Shown here in pieces: positions 41,321 through 52,400 of a stretch of DNA of 64,000 bases (position 1 is its first letter; each line of letters begins with the position of its first letter). The translations under genes were made by a program, and so were the position numbers. The notes under the pieces were generated by a model that saw nothing but the letters and a program-made list of their open reading frames with translations, ran no database searches and was not told the DNA's origin. The DNA comes from Trichoplax sp. H2 (Eukaryota): NCBI GenBank assembly GCA_003344405.1, contig NOWV01000014.1, positions 1-64,000 of the forward strand, in the 5' to 3' direction.

Positions 41321-42382
41321 TTTCAGGATGCACTTAAGCTTTTGAACCCATGTTACAAATTCCTTCCAAGATAGAGACATGAACATTACGTTACAATATA
41401 ACAATATCTACTAATCTCGAGAGAGTGTGTGCTCGAATATTTACTACTTTCTACAAGTTCAAGAAACATTCGAACAGTAATATCTTAAAACTAGAAGGTT
41501 CGTCATCAAATCAAATATAAATCCCTTTTCCATCAGGCAGATTCCTAAGTAGCTCTCATAATCGTGTCTCGGTAAATTATAGCTATTGCTTGCTGTATGA
41601 TATAAATAACGATAGAAAGGGGCTAACTAACTGTCATACACATGCAAACTGGTACTTATTTGAATGGATTGCAACGAAACTGATTTATAACGTGCAATTT
41701 GATTTTAGTTTGTTAATATTGTTACTTTATTAGCACTGCTGGTAATTATTTCTTCGAATTCGCTTTATTTCCTCTTTTCTTTCTTAATCATTTCAATACT
41801 TAGGGTTCATAAATGGTCGAAAATTATACCATGCCCATACTGTAGTTTAAGACTACAAAAGATTTTCACTATTGCGACCGTTATACGGTATTTTACTAAT
41901 TTAGCAATAGGTATTTGAAATTAATTCTAGATACCACACACTTATATTTTTAAAGAAAAAAATAGCATATTCCAGTAACCATTAATGTCAATCCCATTAT
42001 CATTTATGAGTTTGTATACTGTACCTTAGTGTTATGACCATATGATCGTAAGATCTTAATAAAACATTAAATTAATCAGATCTATATTGGAAACTCTTGT
42101 CTTAATGTTTATAATTCATAGGCATTTGATTCATTTTTACGATACAGTGTAGCCTTATAAAGATTTCTTAACACAAAAATTTCGTCCGTCATTTAACTGT
42201 AAACCTTAAGAGTTCGTTCTTACATATTTATAGGTGTAAAATATAATTAGCGAAAAGCACCGAGGGGAATGTCATCAATCGTAGCATAAATATAATTTTG
42301 ACTAAGTAATTCTTGCTGTTGATAAACTTAGTTAATGCAAATCCAGAAAGAGTATACTTAAATTATTTTAATGAAAATAAAT
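41321..42382. other. Uncollapsed alternative haplotype contig (Helitron-free allele)
   Basis: Bounded by N gaps (41301-41320, 42383-42402). 41321-42105 matches 40150-40919 and 42106-42382 matches 42972-43248, with scattered SNPs and two short indels. Confidence 0.85.
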
Positions 42383-42587
42383 NNNNNNNNNNNNNNNNNN
42401 NNGTATAAGTGATTGATACACATCAGTAGGTACTATCAGTTCTATTGCTCTCTTGCAATTCGTAGTGTTATCCTACTGTAGTTCCCCTGTCCTGATTACT
42501 TTTGATTGCTATACTGTATATAGTAACCATCATTATTCGGTAAACATACTAATACGAAAGTTACTTNNNNNNNNNNNNNNNNNNNNT

Positions 42588-42674
42588 GTAAGTAACTAGT
42601 TGTAATATAATATCACTATACTATATTAACCAAATTTAGATAGCTATTTCTTCACGGTAGTTCGTACCGTGACA
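42588..42674 (-). mobile_element. 5' end of a family A LTR-like element nested in the Helitron (remainder lost in the gap)
   Basis: Reverse complement matches 21-107 with one mismatch in 87 bp; the match ends exactly at the TGTCAC terminus. Confidence 0.85.
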
Positions 42675-45600
42675 CAGGATAATGTCAGTTAGTCAGCGAT
42701 CTGATAGGCGAAAGCGAAGTAAACAACGTGGAAATGTACAGTATGAATGAGTGGGTAAAAGTGTTCCACATAGCTAAAAATGGAGAGTTACTGTAAGATT
42801 AGAGAAATGCGGTATGTACAGTATATCAGTATATGTCATACACTCTACTACTACATAGTACACGGTATAAAGTTACTGAACCTCTGACAGGTCTACGACA
42901 AATGGTAATACTATCTGTTAAATGAGCACATTATCGTAAACCGTCAGCAAAGTGACGGGAGTTTGCACTAGTGTTTATAATTCATAGGCATTTGATTCAT
43001 TTCTACGATACAGTATAGCCTTATAAAGATTTCTTAACACAAAAATTTCGTCCGTCATTTAACTGTAAACCTTAAGAGTTCGTTCTTACACATTTATAGG
43101 TGTAAAATATAATTAGCGAAAAGCACCGAGGGGAATGTCATCAATCGTAGCATAAATATAATTTTGACTAAGTAATTCTTGCTGTTGATAAACTTAGTTA
43201 ATGCAAATCCAGAAAGAGTATACTTAAATTATTTTAATGAAAATAAATAACTCTGCGTCATCGTATACTTTAGGACCAGTCATTTATTTACCAAGCATTG
43301 AGGTAATTCAAATACATTAATTGATCTAACTCCGGAAACACACTCAAACGGTAAAAATCACCTACTCCAGCATACGTATAATTTCGATTAAGTTATTCGT
43401 GCAATAGATACAGTACTGTAAATTTTATTCAATACAGAACAGATAAAGTATACGTACTCGTAGGTAACTTTAGATTTGAACAAATGGCTTTATTTCATTA
43501 TCAGCTATAAGGCCTATCATTCAAATTTTCAAGCATTCGGATATTTTTACAAGAGTGTAGCAAGAAGTTCGTTTTAGTATTGAGAAGTAGAGTACGTTTG
43601 CCGCTAAATTTAATGGTTAATTTAGCTCTAATATTTCATGCAATATGGTACTTTCGATCACCAAAAATATATTATTCCTGTCTAACATATAAACTTATTT
43701 ATTTCCGTAATCGCCTACAAACAAAAAGAAGTACATTTTTTTACTGGCTGTAAATATTGAGAAATCTTTGCGTCGCTTATCATTAATAAAATGAAACAAT
43801 TGCAGCAAAATTTAAAATGATGCTTTGAGTTGAATATCCTGCTACTTGGAGTAATACTTTTGAATTATATAGTACAATAGAGTTGCATATTACACTTCCG
43901 TTATTTTCTTTGCTAATAGAAAGTAACTGTATGATTTTCTTAATAATAGAATATGGCGATCTAGACCATAGAAGTATAAAAATGTCTTGACTATTTCTTT
44001 GTTTGTCCTTGTTGATATAAATATCCGTATATTAATATTATCGAAATCAAAAATCTTGGTCGTAAAAATCTTCGATGATATTACTTTCTACTCCGACTGC
44101 TAGCCTTTGCTTGGCTATTAATTCCCGCAATTAAATTGCTAGCTGTGAACTGATACATTATTAATGATTAAATTTTAATTTAGCATGGTACCTAAGGAAT
44201 TTTTACTCTATTATTCACTGGCAACACTCATTCGTATAATATCAAAGTAAGCCTATATCTCCGTTAAATATATTTATATTCTGACCAGACAAAATAGGTT
44301 AAAACTATTAACCTATTGGTTTCATTATCATATCGACGCCAATGCATTCAATGCAACATTCTAATGATATCTTTGTGATTTCATTTCTGATGGTGTTCAT
44401 AAACAATTCAAAATGAAATTTTATAGATTATTAATTTACATTCTACAAATAACTTGAAAATTAGTGCGATTTTTGCAGTCAAAAGACTGAATAAATAGTT
44501 ATTGTCTTCTATACATTAACATGCTATTAAAAAAGAAGCATGCTTTAACGATCGAACCGTATGATGTATTTTAAGAAATCGAATTCACATTTTGGTATTT
44601 ACTTGTCATCCTAAACATCATAAGTGAAACGGAGCTGGCGAAAGTTGCAATCTCTTTATGGATTATAAATTTTTACCTAAATAATGTATCAAGCAAAGGA
44701 TGCAATATTAATTAGGTATTTATGTTTTGCCTTCATTCTCAGCTCAATAACATATTCATTGTCTGTTGGGGATAATTAAGTATTTGATTAATTAAAGGAT
44801 GTTTTCGAGTATTTATTATATTTAACTATCGCTTGTTTATTCTATTCATGATCTTAGGCCAAGAGAAAACAATAGTGTTGACATATGGTATTTCTGAATT
44901 ATTATTATATAAAATGCGCGATTTAAAATAATTCTAGAGTTACAATAGTGGAGGATTTATTCATATACAGTAAATATTTACTGTAAGACGAACACATTAT
45001 ACGATATAGTAATCATTTTTCATTTCGTCATAATCATATTAAAAGTAATTATCAGGTGTATGCGAAACGAAATCGTACTTCTCATCTATGTGATATGTTG
45101 TTTCGATCTTGACATCATATGACATATATTCGGCATCCTGTAAAGACAGATGTACGTAAGTTACGATTTTGTTATAGCATTTAAATAATACCAAACTATA
45201 ACATAATAAATCAAATTTTTATATTTTAAATCGTAAAATTTGATATTCAATCCGGTAAAATTGTATTTCTATACTTTACATTATTATATTTGAATATGCG
45301 AACGTGTGAGCAAGAGGTATAATAAATATATCCTATGAAGATGGATATAATCTATCTTTGGTACCACGTTTGAATTAATATCAAATTCGGATAAATAAGA
45401 GACAACAATGAATGCCTTGTTTTCGTATTTGAAACATCGCTAAATCCAAGTTTTCTTGAGATTTTTTATTCGATATACCATTGTATAATATTGTAACTTG
45501 CAAAATGAATGCATAGTACATTAGAGAAAGATACCTGACAATAAAATTTTATCTCGGCAGCTCATTCTTTTAATGGGTATATTTGCTAATTACTAAATAT

Positions 45601-46347
45601 ACTTTTATCTACTTAAATTGGCAATTTAATGTACAAAGGATAGATCAGAAAAATAGTACCACATGTTACAAAATATCTGGTAAATATTTTTGTTACTAAG
45701 GTTCCGAGGAAAACAATATTTTCGAATTAATTTATTTTCTTAGCTGCATACTACATACAGCTTATTTGTCAAATCGATTTTAACCTTAACTACGGCTAAT
45801 TTTTTGTCTATTGCTTACTATCATAACATAGTTGTAAATGTTTTATCTAGTGTGTTGAAGAAAATAAAGAAATTATAATGAACTTTCTTCTTTCAACTAT
45901 GCTATTCCTTATAGGATGTGCTTCATTCCTTTATTATCATTATTATCTTAAAAATATTTACTAAAGTTAACTTACTATACTTTCTGTATATTTATGGTTA
46001 GTATTTTGATCTCAATTTCTTTTAATTCGCATTGATTAAATAGCAGATGATGATCTCATTAGGTATCGTCATGTTATTTTATTCCATTTTATTATCCATT
46101 ATAACATAAGCATATAGCCAGAGAATCCTGTATTTCCCATTTACCAACTATATATTATATAGTAGCACAATGACCGATTAATAATGAAAAATAAAAGAAA
46201 GTACGGTAATATATCAGAGAATAAATTAGGTGGACACCGGCATATTCAATAAGAAATAATTATTAAGATGGTAATAACGTATTCTGATAAAGCAATAACG
46301 TCTCACTCATGTATTGTTAAATCTATCCAATAACATTTGTATGGTTG

Positions 46348-46934
46348 TGTCACGGTACCTTTTTGCCGTGATGAGTTAGAAGTGTTATGGTGTTTGTTAT
46401 TGATGGAAATTGATGTGTTATGATGTTTGTTAGTAAGGTGTTTTGATGATCAACTGTCCTTAGTTATTTTGTATGTATTCGAATAGGAGGATAGACTAGA
46501 TAAATATAAATCTTGATGATGTGCAACCTTTGTGTTAGAGAGTTGTTTATGCTGACACGATTTGTAGTCGTGTTGTAAGATTATTACAGGATAGGAGGTT
46601 ATGGTTGTGAGATCTCCTACGTGAGATTAATGTAAATAGTAAATATCTTAGAAAGTATATAAAGGCTAACTATGATGCCATGTGGACGAGGAGAAAGGCA
46701 TAGAAAAGAATAAACTGTAGTGATAGTTATCTATTCAAAAGCCTACGCTCAACTACTTGTGTAATCGAGTAATCTAGTGACGGTCAAAGAAGTGTAGTCC
46801 CACACCCGAGAAGTTAGTGTTCTAATAGGAAGCGTAGTTCCAGTAGCACTTGTTCAGTGTCGGGATTGTACCGTACTTAGCTAAGTTTTACACGATAAGT
46901 AGAGATCCTGTGTCACAAAAACGTGGTTGTGACA
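46348..46934 (+). mobile_element. Solo-LTR-like element, family B (587 bp)
   Basis: TGTCAC...GTGACA termini; 5-bp TSD GGTTG (46343-46347, 46935-46939); TATATAAA (46656-46663) followed by AATAAA (46709-46714); empty site with a single GGTTG at 47520-47524. Confidence 0.9.
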
Positions 46935-47232
46935 GGTTGGTACTTATAAATAGATTAAACTTGTTTCTAAGAATTTGAAAAGCTAATAGTTTAATAGAAA
47001 TATACAGTAGAACAAGTGCGCTTTAAATATTAAATTTTTTTTCAAGATTACATGAAACCTGTTAAGACGCATAACTGAATTCATTTAATTAAGAAACTAT
47101 ATTCCTGCGATCAGGCATCTTATACTAAATACCTATACTTTGCTGCTGTTTATTATACTCATATTATAGTTTATGCTACAACAATTGCAAATAGGTAGAT
47201 TCTGTTATCCTTNNNNNNNNNNNNNNNNNNNN

Positions 47233-47797
47233 TCATTAGGTATCGTCATGTTATTTTATTCCATTTTATTATCCATTATAACATAAGCATATAGCCAGAG
47301 AATCCTGTATTTCCCATTTACCAACTATATATTATATAGTAGCACAATGACCGATTAATAATGAAAAATAAAAGAAAGTACGGTAATATATCAGAGAATA
47401 AATTAGGTGGACACCGGCATATTCAATAAGAAATAATTATTAAGATGGCAATAACGTATTCTGATAAAGCAATAACGTCTCACTCATGTATTGTTAAATC
47501 TATCCAATAACATTTGTATGGTTGGTACTTATAAATAGATTAAACTTGTTTCTAAGAATTTGAAAAGCTAATAGTTTAATAGAAATATACAGTAGAACAA
47601 GTGCGCTTTAAATATTAAAATTTTTTTCAAGATTACATGAAACCTGTTAAGACGCATAACTGAATTCATTTAATTAAGAAACTATATTCCTGCGATCAGG
47701 CATCTTATACTAAATACCTATACTTTGCTGCTGTTTATTATACTCATATTATAGTTTATGCTACAACAATTGCAAATAGGTAGATTCTGTTATCCTT
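47233..47797. other. Uncollapsed alternative haplotype (LTR-free allele of 46056-47212)
   Basis: Begins right after N gap 47213-47232; near-identical to 46056-46347 joined to 46940-47212. Confidence 0.85.
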
Positions 47798-48259
47798 CGA
47801 CAATTTTCATATTCATTGACAATAGTTGATACATTTGACAAAAATATGAAGGTACGGTTTTACCAAGCTCACTATTCAAAACTCCTATGACTATTTTCGA
47901 CATTCGCGTAAATAGTACACTCTTGGATGATTTTAATTGCTTCAAAACAGTTTTAGGATTCTATAATAATAATTTATGGTGCGGCCTTATTTAGGTTTCG
48001 CATGAGCTACTCTCTTGATCATAAAAAATAATAAAATATAAATGATATTCTTCCGTGCTTATTCCATTTAATAATAATAGTTTGTACATTTTAGATGATA
48101 TACATCACATTAATACGATTATTTCCACACTCACTGATCGTTTTATCAATATGTATAGGAAAATCTCAGTGTAACTCTATGAAAAATAGATTATACACTT
48201 TATGACAGTATACAGCACAGCATTATTAAATCTCTCAATTTAATTCTCAGAATGTAACA

Positions 48260-49440
48260 AAGCAAGTGCAAAAATATTGCAATATCCTTTCTTGGCGATT
48301 AGAGCTCTTCGAAAAGCGGCGTATTGTATGCTAATAGTTTACAGTATAGCATGACTAAACCTTGTAATTCAACACTTTAATTAAAGATTATAATTTCAAA
48401 AAGATAGCTAGTATCCTCCTTTAGCAATTTATTATCTTATAAAAAAGGCGTATGCAACTATTATGATCATTTACAGCAAAATATTATCAATAGTTTACGT
48501 TGTGATTCAGTTATGCGTATTTTGATGATCGAAGTATCGAGAACAAAACAATATCTTATTTTGGCTAATTAAGTTTCATAAAAGTAGCTTAAGTATTCTA
48601 TAATACAAGTTTTGCTATGGACTTTACTGGACTTAATCAATTATAGTTTTAATTCAGCATCCGCGTCATTACAATATCAAACATGCACACAATGTCCTCC
48701 TTCGGTTATTTTCGTTCCACGATACGTGACGCATTCCTTGATGGTATGCAGCATCGTATTTTAGAACTATCAACTCAGCATTTTCCTGACCATATATCAA
48801 ATATGTAAAATATCCTCCCACAGAACAACGTTAGCTCTACAGACAGTTATCCATTTTATTGTCATTTGCAGCACTGTGAATTAAGCCTTTGATTCAGTGC
48901 TCCAGCAGCCATCATATCAAGTATGCAAACAGTATCCTTCTACAGCTACCATAGTTGCATAGAAAATAGTTCATGTTCATTTTGATGATTTACAACAAAA
49001 TATTATTAAAGCTTATATAATTAATTTGTCATTCTTGTGATGATAGTTAAAAATATGTAAACAATATTCTCACTTAACTGCTCAAGTTATAGAAAGCTGA
49101 TTTATTCGTTTTCTGATAATTGCAGTATAACTCTTATAAAGATTAGCCTGCAGTAAAGGCAGCACTTCCATATCATAATATCAAGGGCGTAATCAGACTT
49201 CACTGTGGTCATTTTTAGCTCTGTATAAATTCGTTGTTTGCATATTTTACTGAAAGATTTGTAGTATAAAATTTTTATGAAGGCCTATAAAGATGATTCA
49301 AGTGCTTCAAGCTCCATATGATCGTAGCATGAATATCAAATACTGCACATATGGTACATCACGTATTTCTCCTTGGTCTTGCTGCTGCATAGAATTATTT
49401 TATATTTTTAATAAATTGCAGAATGCACTTTAAGGTAAAT
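48260..49440. repeat. Highly degenerate tandem array with ~120-130 bp period
   Basis: Recurring ATATCAA.(T/C)ATG(C/T)A.A..ATCCT-like blocks (~48675, 48794, 48915, 49045, 49178) alternate with ATTT(A/G)CAG(C/T)A-like blocks (~48338, 48469, 48746, 48864, 48988, 49119, 49257). Confidence 0.55.
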
Positions 49441-52400
49441 TTCAACGTAAAACTATTAAATTTCTCAAATTTACGCATCAATTTATTAGTGACGGATAGT
49501 TCTAAAATGTAGCCTTTAATTATAGTACAGTAAAAATATTTGTAATAGGAAAGTTTATTTATTTTTTAATTGTAAGAATAAATGTTATGATAGTAAAATG
49601 AAAGCAGCAGTCAGATGCTAATCAAGTTTTTCTATTATTTATTTCTAGTTTACAAGTGATCAGCCTTCCTGGAACTTGATAGTGGTCGAAAGAGAAAAAT
49701 ATTTGTTTGTCTTTGCTTGTATTTCCTAATGATGGATTACTATAGCATCAATAAAATATACGATAGTCTACCAGCTAGTCATATAGATAAATTTATAGAT
49801 ATTTTAATTATAAAGTAATACCCTTTCTATGTCCGTGTCGATATGAATGATGTCAAAGTATTTCTTCCGTTAATAATAACAATACCAATACGTAGCATCA
49901 TTATATTTAGTCATTGAATTATTAACATTAGTATTTATAGCCAATAATGTTTTTAATATAGTATTTAATCAATCTTTCTTTCTCCAATGCTAGGTTTGGG
50001 ATTCTAACTACTTTCTATCGGACTACTTTACAATGAACTCTCTTAACATATCCGATCCTTGTTACTCTCTCAAACCCCAATCTAGCACAATGACGTACTA
50101 TTTATCATAATATTACTTATCCATAACTTCCGTAACAATATTTTGATGAAGAATAAATATTTATCATTCGCGAAATCACTCGACATGAGCATTTATGATT
50201 TCATTTGTAATATGTTACTTGTTTTCAAGTCCTATATGACTTTTCACTTTCTAAATCAGTTGGTGTAAAGAACAAAGAAATAACGTGATTTAGCGAGTAC
50301 TTTGAATACGATTAACTACCGATCGTTACGGGAAAGGGCATCCATTTGTTTCTATCTAGTAGGATAGGATATCAAATCAACAATTTATCTCTATGGGATT
50401 AATTCTATTATCATAGAAAGCAATGTTTTAACGCTATTGATGGCTTTGATAGCAAAATATATGAGAGATTTTCAAAAACTTTTGCTTGCATACAGGATCA
50501 ATCTTACATTTAGCAACCCTTCAACTGCAATCTTATAATGAAATATTTGCAACTTACAACATCTGTTTCTATACACCTCTGTTCTACAATTATCTTATAC
50601 GTGAAAAAAATTACGTAACTATAAAACCTTATTCTATCATCGTTTCTCAAATCGTAAACACTGTCAAACTACTGGAGATAAAGAGACATTTCGACTATTC
50701 GCCAATTTTATTATCCTTTGCTAATAAATGATATTGAAAAGAATAGGTTTGACGATTTAAGGACGCATCCACAGCAACATGATGTTAATAGTTTGCTAAA
50801 AAGCAAAGCAAGTCTCTGAATTATTACTAGAACCATTTTCGATTGATACAATATCATTATTTTAAGCCAATTATATTCCTCAACTCGATGATTACAATTT
50901 TATAAGTTTCGAAATATTTACTAGATGAATCAGCGAGTTTACATGGCGAAACGTCAATTTAGAAACGATTCTTGCCTTTGCAGTTTATAAATGGCAGAAT
51001 GCATGGGTCTCAGTATATAAACTGACCTGATGACACGCCAACTTATAATTAGTTAACGGTGCCTTTACAGCTTCTAAACGACAGACTGTATTGGCAGCGG
51101 ACGAGTTATATCTTGACTAGACAGTAAATAAACAGATTGGCTGAATAGTCTGTAAGTAAAAAATGCACTTAATGTCATAGTGAAGTTAGTTTAATTTGAT
51201 ATACTCGCAGATCTGATAGAGTCGAAGCTTTTAGGACAGCTTAGGATATACGCGCGATTGCTTGTTCAGCTTAATATTGTAAAGGCAAAATAGTTTAGGA
51301 AAAATAAGTCCACTAAAGTAAATATCAAGCGAAAAGACATACAGCACAGCTAGATTGTATCTAAAATATTGTTTTTTCTTATAGTTTAACTACAGTAATT
51401 TCTGCATTTAAATTTTAGAATATAATTTCCGAATATTAATCTGGATTGAATAAGCTTTTAATTATAAAACATCCTGGAGTACCTATACGATCAGCAGGCA
51501 TATATATGTATAAAATAATGATGAATTATAATTAAGGCAACAGTCTAGAACTGGGTAAATTAAAAATCTATCATACGCGTATTTATTACGTATTTCTACA
51601 TGCTTATACGAGTATTCGGTGTGCAAATATGCAATCATAGCATATTTTCTGCTAATAATCGCTGCGCCAAATTATTGTAGTACTCGAGTTTTACGGCCCC
51701 TTAAGTTCGCAATCGTCTAACTCAAAACCTGAGTTATTAAAATTGAGCAAATCTCTAATGTGACACAATATCAGGTAAACACCGCGTTTAACCTTAAAAG
51801 CATCGTTTATTAATAGAAAGCTCGATAAGGGAAGAATCCACTTTTCTTCGCTCATAATAACAGTCGAAAGCGGCTTAGATAAACCGGATAATCAACCTAG
51901 TCTCCACGATGACAATTCCATGTTATCTAACAGTTATGTTAAGACATTACACAACATATCACTTTATATAGCTACCTACTGCGGCCTTATACGCACATAG
52001 TAAGCATAGTATAAGTACACCGTTTCATCATCAGCAATCATGAAATCACCTTATAAACATAATAGACTATTCTACTTCTTAAAGCTACCGCACTTCAATT
52101 ACTACTGTAATTAATGAAACTACTATAAATACATATCCTACTAATAGCCAAATCATATTAAATTTTTAGATACTATATCCAGATAGCATCCTCATATAAT
52201 CAGATCTAAATATTAAAGAATTGATGATAATTTTTCGATATTCTGTTGTATGTTGCAAAGGAATCGATTTGCCTTTTCTGTCCATAAATGGGAAAAAACG
52301 CAGAAAAAACATTATGAAAGCTTGTTTTCGCCAATCTGCCTTCATATGGATCGTACTATGGTAGGCAATAATTTCATCGCCTGTAATTATTCTGATTAGA

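Larger units (their letters stand above)
40920..42971 (+). mobile_element. Non-autonomous Helitron (5' part 40920-41300; 3' part to 42971; interrupted by gaps and by the empty-allele contig)
   Basis: Empty site cttaA|Tgttt at 42105/42106. Filled junctions cttaA|TCccaacc (40919/40920) and gcaCTAG|Tgttt (42971/42972). No TSD. GC-rich hairpin CCGTCA-GCAAAG-TGACGG at 42941-42958, 9 nt before CTAG. Confidence 0.85.

Noticed and set aside
40150-47797. Apparent tandem segmental duplications
   Set aside because: Each duplicate abuts an N gap and differs by the presence or absence of a TE, which is best explained as uncollapsed alleles.
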